Part shown: piece by piece, positions 46,901 through 59,244 of the stretch
How positions within the stretch are numbered: the stretch's first letter is position 1
Layout of the letters: every line of letters starts with the position of its first letter
NCBI GenBank assembly: GCA_033442325.1
Contig: JAWQFM010000030.1
Span: forward strand, 442,561 to 506,560
Length of the DNA: 64,000 bases
Reading direction: 5' to 3'
Origin: Salpingoeca rosetta
Lineage: Eukaryota > Protista > Choanoflagellata
The notes under the pieces: model-generated
Database searches by the model: none
Seen by the model: only the letters and a program-made list of their open reading frames with translations
What the model was told of the DNA's origin: nothing
Made by a program: the position numbers and the translations under genes

Positions 46901-47908
46901 GGGTGAGCCAGGAGGGAGGGTGTGGACTGGTCGTGGGCAAGTACCCTCGGTGATGAGAGTTGACAGCCGACAAGGCACCTCATCGATGACTATATCATCA
47001 GTACCAAGCGTGTTTCCACTGTCGCGTCTGGGCCTTGACATCCTTGATAGGTCAGAGGGCACAGGCATCTCGCTCTTGTGCGCATGCGTGGATGCTAGCG
47101 TAACGTGGCTGCTGTCGTTAACACTAACATTGCTGCCGTCAGATCGTGGTGTTGACATTCGTGCTCGTTGGCGGGATCGCAAACCGCTGTCGTTGCCGTC
47201 GTTGCCGGAGTCGTTGGCTGACGGAGAGGCAAAGAGGTCGGGGCACGCGGCAGCAAGTATGTCGTCGAGGGCAGAAAACCCCAAGCGCTTGAGGGTGGTG
47301 TCATCATCGAACCAGGGCGTAGAGGGCGTGGGTATGTGTGTTGTGTGCTGTGAGTGGCGTTTTGAAGTCGTATTTGTCTCGCGGTGAGTCGTGACAAAGT
47401 TCTTGTCTCGTGTGTTGGTCATATGACCACGCTCCTGCTCAGTCGGCTCTTGTTGCATCAGCCACAGTTCATGTTCTTGCAGCCTGTGCAGCAGCTGATG
47501 CAGACGGGCCACCTCCGCCTGTGCCTGTCGGCAACGGTCAAGACTGGAAACTGGCGCAGAAGAGACAAAGGGAAATGGTGGATGTGGCTGAGAAGGAGTT
47601 GCTGCACCATGCGCGTTTTGCAACCGTTGGTGGACAGGGGCGAAGGTCTTGCTGCGCTCTTTGTCCTCGGGAGCAGTGATGGGAGCGGCGTTACCTCGCT
47701 TGAACGCACTCGAGGCATTGGCGTGAGGGGACGACGTGAGCGTGAGCGTGTGTGTTTCGTTACTTTCGCTGTTGATGCTCTGGCTGCCGAGGCTGAGGCT
47801 GGCCAAGGCGAGAAACAGGAGAAACAGGCAGAGAAGCCGCCTGAGGGGCCTGAGCTGTAGCAGCTGTAATGGCTGGCCGTGTTTCATGGCTTGTTTTGGT
47901 GCATGCAA
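42953..47908 (-). CDS. LRR receptor kinase (TKL group, Ser/Thr-type signature); apparent single-base frameshift at G10 45082-45091
   Basis: Signal peptide, prodomain ending in RPRR, ~14 or more LxxLxLxxNxL repeats, Cys-rich CDCARGY...C, TM AAVLGTLAGVLAFQGLLFAVYW. Kinase motifs WEIEYDEL, VAVK, HRDLKSGNVL (spliced ~43961/43762), DFG, GTPLYMAPE, DVFSFG. Last exon VPEWFKALAYKC..RPSF..QL*. The start may be 47908 or 47887. Confidence 0.9.
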
Positions 47909-48596
47909 GAGGATGCTGGTGGGATGGTGAGGGGCTTGTGCCCATACGAAGTGCGCTGCTGGATATCTGGGGTTCTGGGGTTGTTGGTGCTGAAACGGGG
48001 GATTATTGCAACTTTACCGCAGGCGCTCGCTAAATTCTCAATGTTTTTTGTTTCTACCGTTTCGGAATTTGCATGTGTCAAGGCAGCGCAAAGGCGGCGC
48101 AGCCGCCGGTTAGGGAAAACCCTGTGCGACAAATCTGGTTCGGGTAGCGCAGCGATGCGGGAGCGAGCGTAGCGGTTAGCGGGGGTAGGGCTTCACAGCA
48201 TGCGATTTGAGGGTTAGTGGACGCGCCTCGAGCTTTTGCGCGTGGTCACGAACCGGCAATGCTCACTTCGCAACCGTAGTTTAGCAATGGTCACCGGTAA
48301 TATTTTTTAAAACCCGCTGAAACGGAAAATGGCTGTGGGAATGAAAGCGGAACGAACCAGCGGCAGCGAGGGCGCAGTCGTAGACTTTGCTTTTGGTCTT
48401 TTGGTCTTGGTTCTTCGATTGGAATCCTAGCGCCAGAATATCAAATCCACAGTAGAATTGGCCTATGGGCGTTTGAGATGGCATGATGTGGATGTGAGTC
48501 ATCACGGGGTCCATGAGTCATGTCCGTTTCCGACAGCACATAAGTTCGCCGCTGTCCTCCAAGCCAAACAAGCCAAACAAGCCAAACAAGCGAAGG
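47909..48596. promoter_or_regulatory. Putative bidirectional promoter between two receptor kinases
   Basis: Divergent starts about 690 bp apart. The interval is CpG-rich and nearly free of microsatellites, unlike the introns. Confidence 0.5.
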
Positions 48597-50108
48597 ATGC
48601 ATCGTGGCTTGGCTCCTCCTGGTGTGCTGACACCCACCTTCGCAGTGCGTGTGCTGCTGGTGCTGGTGCTGTGCTCCTGCTGCTGTTCTCCTGCCAGTGC
48701 ACAGCAAGAGTTGAGTGTGGGCAACATCAACAATGTGTTTCGCGCCGTTCCAGCCTCGGTAGGTCTGTGGGTCGTGCGACAAGGCAGGAAGATCGCAGCA
48801 TTTGCTCGGTGGTTGCTGGTAGCTTGTTGGTTGTTGGTTGCTTGGACTTGCTTGTTTGTTTGCTCATCTGATTGACATTCCACGCAAGGAGCAGAGCAGG
48901 TCCCAAGTGCTGTCGTGTGACGTGTCTCGTGGGCGTTGGTTGCGTTGCAAGTGTGGTGCTGCCGCAAACGCTCGAAAGGTCGTCACCACGCCTGCTCACG
49001 CTTGCAAACATCCAACGCACACGGCGTTGTGGTCGGTTTTGCTCTCGCCCGTTGCACCTGCAGGGCATTGTTCCGCCCGCATCCACGTTCCACGCGACGG
49101 CTGTGCTGAAATTGGACACCACAAGCGCATTCAACAGGCAGGCCTCCGGGGATGAGGAAGTCATGGTGCTGTTTGGTGGTTATGAGCTCAACGATATCCG
49201 CTACTCCACGCGAAACGCACTCAACACAACTTACCTCTTCAGCGCCCGTACACCTCCGGTTTGGATCGACTGTCAGGTGCGCGTGTGCGTGCATGTGTGG
49301 ATATTTGCGTGTGCGTGTGTGTGTGTGTGTGTGTGCGTTTGACACACGATCGCGGAACGCACGGGGTGTCATGTGAACCGTCATCCAAAGATCGATGTGC
49401 TGCATCATATTATGAACGCGGGCCGCCGCTTTTGGTTGACTCACGATGCACACGCCCCTGTCGCATTGCATTTCGCACAGGCGCCTGTTGCTCCACAAGG
49501 AAGGGCGTTCCATGTCATGGTCAGTTCAGCTGTGCAGATTGGATTGGTGTGTGTCCTTCTGCTTGCTTGCAGGCACTGAAGTGGGTCGCATTTCAGACTC
49601 CCAACGGGTTCACTTCTGAACAACGAGAACGTGTGCTTCACACCACCTCATTTTCATCCCATTTCCTCCCCCTCCCCTTGGTTTTGTTGTGGGTGCAGGA
49701 AACACTTACAGCGGCGGTATGCGACAGTGCGCAGTTATTGCTGCATTTATCAATTGCACGAACAATTATGACTGACATGAACGTGCATGCGTGTGTGTGA
49801 GAGAGAGTGTGTGAGAGTGTGTGTGTGTGAGTGAGTGTGTGTGTGTGTGAAAACGTGCGTGCAAGCATGCATTCTTGGACTCATCTTATGTACATACGCT
49901 CGATGCCTGCGCATTACCAGGATGGAAACGAGCGCGTTGTCTTGCACGGCGGCCTTGCCGGTGATCTTCAAACGCATTTCGCCAGCACGTGGGTGCTTGA
50001 CATTGCTGGCAACCAGTGCGAATGGCAAGAAATCGAAACTTCAGGTAGTCTGTGTGTGTGCATGTGTGTGTGTGTGTGTGTGCGTGTGCGTGCGTGTGTG
50101 TGTGTTTC

Positions 50109-50139
<31 letters not shown>

Positions 50140-50379
50140 TCGGGGCTGGCTTGTGTTTGGCCACTGCCTGTGTTTGTTCCCTGTGTGTGAAATGTTCTTC
50201 CCTTCACAACATGCACTGGCTCATTCCGGCGACTGCGAACCACCATGATTAGGGTCCCCTGGCCAACGCGCTGCGCATGGGTCTGCAGAAGTGAACGATC
50301 GCATGTATGTGTTTGGCGGCTGCCGTCAGTTTGTCGCACAGCGCCGTGCCCTGCTCGTCCTGTGTGAGGTACGTAGGGT

Positions 50380-50415
<36 letters not shown>

Positions 50416-51101
50416 GTGTGTGTGTGTACGTATTCATGTGTGTGTGTGTGTGTACATATTTACGTGCGTGTACATATTTACGTGCGTGTACATATTTATG
50501 TGCGTGTACAGATTTATGTGTGTGTATATACACGTATTTTTTTTGTGTGTATGTGTAGCTGTGTGATCGTCTTGTGTGCGTGCCTGTGTGCTGCACAACC
50601 GCAAGCTGATTCTGTCTCGCCTGTCTCTTCATCGTCGTTACACTTTGTTTCCCCTCCACTTTTCCATTTCCAATTCATTTCAGGTGGAGAGTCTTCTCAA
50701 CGATCTCTGGCAGGTGTGTGTGTGTGTGTGTGATTACACAGTCATGCTGGTGTGCCTGAAGTGGTCGCACTTGTTATGGTTGCATGCTTGCAAGCACGTG
50801 CTTTGCTCCTTACTCTGTCTGTCCCTCCCTGATTGTTGTAGCTGACGTTCTCTTGTATTGCATCTCGTCTTCACATGTTGCATCCGTCCATCGCCAGTTT
50901 GATCTCCTCACGCGCACGTGGACGGAAATTCCACTGATGGGCGATGCGTTCCCTCCCCCTCGCTCCTCCCCGATGCTCGCCGTCGTCAACGCCACCGTGA
51001 GTGCGCATGCGTGTGGTACTAGTGCGAGGTCGCAAAGATTCAATCGTCAGTGTGTCAACAACATGTTAACATTTGAAGGTGTTGCGTTCCAGCAATTAGA
51101 T

Positions 51102-51196
<95 letters not shown>

Positions 51197-51942
51197 TCCT
51201 ATCCCTCTGCGCACAGGTGTCGCCGGCACCTCGTCCGCGCGCTCGCCATCTCGCGCATCTCGTCGACGTGGACGGCCAGGCTGCCATGGTCGTATATGGC
51301 GGATTCGTGCATGGCCAAATCAGGTGCCGCGCTGTGTTTGTGTGTTTGTTGTGATATTTTTGTTTTGTATGTTGTTGCATTTGTTTGATTTGTTTTATTT
51401 GTTGTGTTGCTGCTTGTGTTGTTGCATGTTGTGGTGTTGTGTGTTGTGTGCTATGGTGTTGTGTTTGTTGTGTTCATTCGTGCGTGTGTGTGTGTGTGTG
51501 TGTGCGTGTTGTGTTTGTTGTGTTCATTCGTGTGTGTGTGTTCATTCATGTGTGTGTGTGTGTGCGGCATTACTGTTTGTTTTGCGCGCCCTGTCTCCAG
51601 CCCATCTGCCCTGCCAGAAGCTTGTCACTCACTTCCACAATTTCATATCGATGTTACTGCAGGGGGCTGCGGTCGCTTGGAGACATGTGGGCGTTTTATC
51701 CGGACAACAGCACGTGGGAGGACTGGACCCCACGTCCCATCAACGCCTCCCTCTCGCAAGGCCTCTTCTCCCTCGATTCCATCGGGGAGGCAGGAGGTTA
51801 GACTGCACCGAGCGGATGTGTGGTCAGAAGGCGTGGAATGCACACTGTGTTTGGAAGTGAAACAGCATGACTTTGGTCGTGGCGACGTGCAGACCTGATG
51901 CCTGAACTTATGCTCGACGCGCACGTTCAACACTTGACTGCA

Positions 51943-52002
<60 letters not shown>

Positions 52003-55000
52003 GCACGCAACACCACACAACACCACACCGCACAACACCACACAACACCACACCGCACAACACCACACAACACAACACAATACGTGTGTCTGTGCGCCAC
52101 TGATACCTTTCCCCGCCACCATTCAAACCGCCTCCAACGCTCCAACCCAATGGCAGGTGTGCTCGAATACAACGTGACGACGGTTGGCGGTGGTGTTGCG
52201 ACGCTCATGTGGCCGCAGAGGCGATCCAGCGTTTGTCTCTTCGGCTCGCGCCAGGTGGGAGCATGCCGTGCGTACATGTGTGAATGTGTATGTGTTTGTT
52301 GGTTACAGGGTGTATTTGTGTTTGTCTTTGCATTGTTGTCTTGTGTGTGCTGAAGGCAGGTTTCACCATTTTCCTGTGGATGGAGAGGGGTGCATGCTTT
52401 TTCATCGCAAGTTGCTTGCATGCATACGTGTTTATGTACATGTGCGTGCGTGCGTGCAGAAATTTGTGTTCTTTGGCGGCAACACGGAAGGCTTTGATCT
52501 GGCAGAGGCGTGGGAGTACGACGTGGCTGTGAGGCGGTGTGTGATTGGTGATGACGCTGTGTGATTGGTGGTGGCGGTGTGTGATTGGTGATGACGCTGT
52601 GTGATTGGTGGTTGTGTTAGACGTTGTGCTTGTGTGTCATTAGCACACATATGAGTATGTTCTTTGTGGCTGCTTTCCGTGCGTTGTGTTGATCGTCACT
52701 GGTGTGCCTTTACTCGCACAATCACAGTTAACGCGCCAATTCAACCGCGGCAACACTCACACACACACACACATCATCATCATCATCATCAACGCCACCA
52801 TCACCGTGGTGGCCCCTCTCTTCATGCGTGCAATTGGGTGGCAGGTGGATGCTGCTTGACACGGAACCTGGTTCCGGTCTCCTGCAGCGCCAACTTGCCC
52901 GATCAGGCCACTCCTGTCTTCTCATTGACGATCCAAACGAAGGCAGCCGAGCGCTCGTGTTTGGAGGTGCGTGTACTGGTGTATGTTGTGTGTGTGTGTG
53001 AGTGTGTGCTCTTTTTGTATGTGTGTGTGAATGTGTGCTCTGTGTGTTTGTGTGTGTGAGTGTGTGTGTGCTCTGTGTGAGTGTGTGTGTGCTCTGTGTG
53101 AGTGTGTGTGCTCTGTGTGTGCTCTATGTGTGTGCTCTTTGTGTTTGTGTGTGTGAGTGTGTGCTGTGTGTGTACGCATGTGCCATGCCGGAACGTGATG
53201 GTGTGGGAATGTGATTGCGAGATGCTTTGATCCATTTAGTCCCACGTACGCACCCATTCACACAACACTTGCAATATCACACCACCATGGCGATGGTTCA
53301 GGCGAGGGTGCGAGCCGCTTGAACAACGATGTTGTCGTGTTTCGCCCGACGTGCAATTACGGCACAGGGGCCTCTGGGGCATTTTTCATCAACTCGTGAG
53401 CCGATGTTATGTTCTTGCGATGTTGCATTCCTTTGGTCGTGGGGCCTGCTTGGTTGTTTCGTTTTGTTCTGTTCTTTTTTTTTTTTTGTTTGTTTTGTTG
53501 TTGTGTTGGCCTCATCGGCATATGCTTCCCTTCGTTTCTTCCCTCGCCCCTTCTCTCATTTCGCATCCTGCAACCACCACCACCACCACCACCACCACCA
53601 CCACCACTGCAATTGCGATTGTACTCAGGTGTCGGCAGTGTGCACAGGGCACGTTCTCTACCGCCATCACATCAGACAACCCAGATGACGACTCACAGGC
53701 GTGCGAATCGGTATGTGAACCGAGCAACGTCGCGTCTGCCACTACCAAGCACATGAGTTGTGTTTTGCACGGGGTATTGATTGCACACGCCTTCGCCAGA
53801 GCACAACAGCACCGTTGGTTTCGTTCTCATGCCATCACCTCCTTGTCCTTGTTGTTGTTAATGTCGTGTCACGCGGTGTTCTCCACCACATCAGTGCCCC
53901 TTCCTCACAACAACACCCGGCGATGGCGCCAAAACGGTGGAAGAATGTTCCATTTGCGCCCCAAACGCATGCGAAGGAAAACGATCAACCGTACGTGTGA
54001 CCACGCGTGCGTGTGCGCGTGTGTGCTTGTTCGTGTGTGCGTGTGTGCGTGTGTGCGTGTTTGCGTGTGTTCTTTAGTGCGTGTGTATGTGTGCGTGTGT
54101 GTACTTTTGTGTATACTTTTATGTGTACTTTTGTGTGTGTGTGTGTGTGCGCGCATGCGAACGTCAGAGCACAGACGAGCGAGATGCACGCCTCAACCTT
54201 CCTCACTTTTCCCACGTCCCACACACTACCACCACTGCCACTAATCCTGTTGCCACCACCACTGCCAGTGCGTTGTTCAAGCAGCAAATGGTCGTCCCAC
54301 GTACACGTGTCAATGTGCATTTGGGCGGAGCGGCACACGATGCGAAGGTGGGCAGCAGCGCATGCGATAAGTTTGCCCCACATGCGTGTGTGTAACCTGC
54401 GAGCGACGAAGTTGTTCCTTTGCTTCTCATCGCACACACATGCACACACGCACACAATGTGTCATGACACCACATCGCACAGTGCAATGGGGTCTCGGCG
54501 TGCTGCTCGGTGTTCTTCTGGCGCTCTTGCTTGCCGTTGTCATCTTCTTTGTCGTCCGCTGGTACCGCTCTGAGGTGAGAAGCACCGCGATGACGAGATT
54601 GTTGGCGGGATCATGTGGCACCGTGTGCTGAATGTGACGTGTGGCACAAGTGTTGAGTGGATTGATGCGTATGTGTCACCCTGATTCCGGACTGGCAAGG
54701 TTGTGCTCCGCGTCTTCCTCAACAATTGCAAATGCCATCGCCACCCTTACTCCCTGTCAACCAACAAACTCCGTCACTTTCGCCACCCTCATCACTTCTG
54801 GCCCCCCTCCCCCCTGAACCACTGCCAGGTGAACGAGATCAAGCACATCTCGGAGCACCAGGCGAAGGAGTTGGAGTTGACGGGGCACGAACTGCATGAG
54901 CTTCGACGTGTGTTTGAGATCCCATACACGCAGGTCGACAAGCGCAATCGAATCGACAAGGTGCGGAGCGGTGGTCTTTGTATTCATGGGTTTGTGTTTC

Positions 55001-55032
55001 GTGTGGTTGCATTGCAATTGCAGATGTTTGTC

Positions 55033-55111
<79 letters not shown>

Positions 55112-55410
55112 GTGTGCCCTTCGCTCCACTTTTTTGAACAGGAGTGCGAGGGCAATTTTGGTGCGGTGTACTTTGGTTACTACTCTGGCCGTCCTGTCGC
55201 CATCAAGATGCTTAAGGAAACCCTCACGTCGTGCCGTGATCCACTGGGTACGTGGCATGCGTGTGTAATGGGGGGGGAGGGAGGGTGATTTATCAGAACC
55301 CATCCAAGTCGCTCACACAACACACGCACGCACACGCACACACACGCACACACACGCACACACACACACACACACGCACACACACGCACACACACACACA
55401 CACACACACG

Positions 55411-55442
<32 letters not shown>

Positions 55443-56981
55443 CACACACATGCTCTCACATGCTCTCACATGCTCTCACATGCTCTCACATATCAATGCA
55501 GCACGTGAGGACTTCCAGCGGGAGGTGAAGGTGATGCGAGAGCTGCGTGACGCGAACATCGTCTTCTTTTACGGCGCCGGGTACGAACGGAATGGCGTTG
55601 CCTGCAAGCAAACTCGATCCTTTCGAAAACAAGCAGACGCGGCAGGCACCCCCACAACAGTGCTGTTGACAACACTTGCACCCCCCCCCCCCACACACAC
55701 AAATTCACGCATGCACACATGTTGCCGCGTGCAGGTATGAGCCAGACGGAACGCCGTTCCTGGTCACAGAATACATGGCACGCGGCTCTCTCCAGGTGGG
55801 ACACAAGTGTTGTGTGCACGTGTGCGTGCGTGTGTGTGTGTGTGCGTGTGTGTGTGTGTGTGTGTGCATGCGTGCATGCGTGTGTGCGTTTGCGTTTCGT
55901 TCATCTCATCTTGAGCTCACACTGCATTCGCACAACGCTCACTACGCTCACCACGCGCAACACCAACCACCATCACCGCCATCACCGCCATCACCACCAC
56001 CACGTCGACAGCAAATCATTCTGAACCCCACTGAGCGGCTTGATTGGCGTTTGCGCTATCGGTTTGCCCTTGACGCGGCACAAGGCATGCTCTTCCTCCA
56101 CTCCAAGACACCCCCACTGCTTCACAGGTGCTTGCATGCAAATGTGTATGTGTGTGTGTGTGTGCGTATTGAGGGTGCAACAAGGAAGGTGACTGATGGC
56201 GAGGTGCGTGGCTGATGCAAGCGAACAAAACAGTCCTCCTCAACAAGCATCGTTGCTCATGAGTCAGCCACTCCATTCACACCTGTTTTGTTGCCACTGT
56301 CGCAGAGACTTGAAATCCGCCAACTTGCTCGTGGCAGAAGACTGGACAGTGAAGGTGTGTGTGCGTGTATGTGGGTGTGCGTGTGCGTGTGCGTGTGCGT
56401 GTGCGTGTGCGTGTGTGTATGTGTGTGTGTGTGGTGATGGTGTTTGCGTAAATGTGCACAGTGTGCGTGCGAGGGTTGCTTGCAGGCACATGGTTCGATT
56501 TCGTGTCCGTAGCATTCATCTATTCATCTTGAACGTGTGCAGGTTGCTGACTTCGGTACCGCGCGTCTCTCCGAGCACTTGACGGGTGTTTCAGCAGAGG
56601 AGCAGGTGTGGGTGCTTGTATGTACGCGTGTATGAACGCGCGTAGTGATGCTGTGATGGGAGCTGTACATGTGCGTGTGTCGCGCCCGTCTGTCCTCTTC
56701 CTCCCTGATACGTGAATAACCTCTCCCTCCTCTTTCACACACACACACATATATACACGCACACACGCACGCACACACAGGACTACCAGCAGTCGCTGCT
56801 GCATTCGCAGAGCGAAGGGGCGGTGGGCACCATCTGCTGGTGTGCGCCAGAGGTGTTGAGTGACGAGCACTACAGCTTGCCGAGCGACGTGTACTCCTTT
56901 GGCATCGTCATGTTCGAGGTGCGCGTGGGTACGTGTGCTTGCGTGTGCTTGCGTGTGTGTGTGCTTGCGTGTGTGTGTGCT

Positions 56982-57053
<72 letters not shown>

Positions 57054-57166
57054 GTACGTACGTACGNNNNNNNNNNNNNNNNNNNNNNNNNNNNNNNNNN
57101 NNNNNNNNNNNNNNNNNNNNNNNNNNNNNNNNNNNNNNNNNNNNNNNNNNNNNNNNNNNNNNNNNN

Positions 57167-57264
<98 letters not shown>

Positions 57265-57621
57265 AACTACGAACGCGTGAACGTGTGTTTGCTCTTCCTT
57301 TTCTTCATGATGCAAGCTCAGCTCTTTCGCCCCACTCCCAACCCCAACATCCACACATCAGATTGCATCACGAGAAGAGCCCTTCAAGGAGCTGAAGAGT
57401 TACGCGCAGGTGAAGGGTGCTGTGCTGCGCGGACAGCGCCCCGCCCTCCCCTCAAACTGCCCAGTCAAGTTTGGCCTGGTAAGCCGTGGAAAGGTGCATG
57501 AAATGACATTCGTACGCGTGTACCTGTGGAGATATCTTTGTTGCTTTTGAACTGATCTGATGGCACCAACTTTTTTATGTTCTTATGTTGCTTACTCTCT
57601 CACACCCACCCACACACACAC

Positions 57622-57653
<32 letters not shown>

Positions 57654-57674
57654 CCACACACACACGCACGCACG

Positions 57675-57745
<71 letters not shown>

Positions 57746-57937
57746 GCACGCACACACACACACACACACACTCACTCACTGCTTGCTCGTGCTCTAACAC
57801 CCTCGCTGACACCCCACGTCCTTTCCCCCGGTCGACGTCAGCTGATGCAACAGTGTTGGAATCAAGATCCATATGCACGGCCACAGTTCTATCAAGTCAG
57901 GAAACGTCTGTTGGAGATGCTGGAAGGGGAACCGTGA
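48597..57937 (+). CDS. Kelch-repeat receptor kinase (TKL group), more than 25 exons
   Basis: Signal peptide (ATG 48597; [17 protein letters not shown]). Kelch motifs VLFGG..TYLF, VLHGG..TWVLD, MYVFGG..NDLW, MVVYGG..DMWAF, VFFGG..AWEYD. Cys-rich [36 protein letters not shown]. Kinase motifs [57 protein letters not shown] ends at 57937. Confidence 0.88.
52535..52612. repeat. Intronic minisatellite (gtgtgattggtg..., ~18-20-bp units)
   Basis: Four tandem gtgtgattggtg-containing units. Confidence 0.75.
57067..57166. other. Assembly gap (100 N) inside a (TG)n intron
   Basis: Run of N. Confidence 1.
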
Positions 57938-59091
57938 ATCTCTGACAGAAAGCTGCATCGACACGCTGCGTTCTTTGTGACGTGATTTGCTGCTCGGCAA
58001 AGACCGTCCTTCTTTCCTGCCTTCGTTCTTTCTTTCCTTGTGCCCTCCTTTATCCCCCTGTCATTCTCCGTTCTTCTGTTCCCTGTTCCTAAGTTGTTAG
58101 CTTTGTTACGTTACAATTTGACTGCGGCGTTCATCGTGACGTCGTTTGCCTGCCCTTCAGGTGTCTCACCGTTCTCCCCTTGCCCACACAGTAAGCCATG
58201 CAAAGATGCAAGCAAACACGCACTCATCACCCCGGCGTCACATCATGTCATCACATCATCACATCATCACACGGTCGCCTGTTGTCGCGCCATCCGAGTC
58301 GTCTCAATCCACAGCCTCCGACTCTGCGAAAAACATATGAAGATATCTACAATTTGTCCAAACTTGCGTTGTATATTTTATGCTGTCGGAAACCGTTCGC
58401 CATCGCGCTCGTTGCGAAACTCGCACACTGCACATCGCAACCTCACACCACACACCATGTGTCAACACACGTCTTGGCTGTGGCTGCGGGCTGTCATGCG
58501 GACGTGACATGATGACGTACGTCGCACACAATGTGCACCACGCACCTGGCCCAAGGAAACCCTTCACAAGCTGCGTCGAGTGCGCAACGTCACATGTGTT
58601 GACTGACATCGCACTGCTGGTGGATCGTTGTCCGGGTTTCGTGGGAGAGTGCACGCTTACAGCGTGTGTGTATGTGTGTGTGTGGCGCTCTTTTCTATCT
58701 CCCACAACAACTCCACACAGCACAAGGTAAGCACAAGAGTGCGCTTCCTAATGTGCCCTCGCCTAAGATGTGCGAGAACGCAACCCAACACAGGGCATCA
58801 TATGCACACACACACACACACACACTAGCTTGAGATGACTGCCACCACCTTCGAAATTGAGCAACTGAGGTAGGCGTGCGCACGTGTGCGCGTGCGTGTG
58901 CGTGTGCGTGTGCGTGTGCGTATGCGTGTGTGCTTGTTTATGCACGCTCTCCTCTCATCCATATCTCTCTCTATGTCTCTCGCCCTGCGTGTGTGAATGA
59001 GGTTACATTACACAACAAGTCAGGGGAAGAGCACGTCTCTGCTTCATGAGCGGCATTCCTGTTGCCCAATATACTCATTCTCCCTCCCCCC

Positions 59092-59241
<150 letters not shown>

Positions 59242-59244
59242 ATC

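Noticed and set aside
48108-48125. ggttagggaaaaccct, telomere- or telo-box-like
   Set aside because: A single short occurrence, insufficient to call a regulatory element or telomeric repeat.
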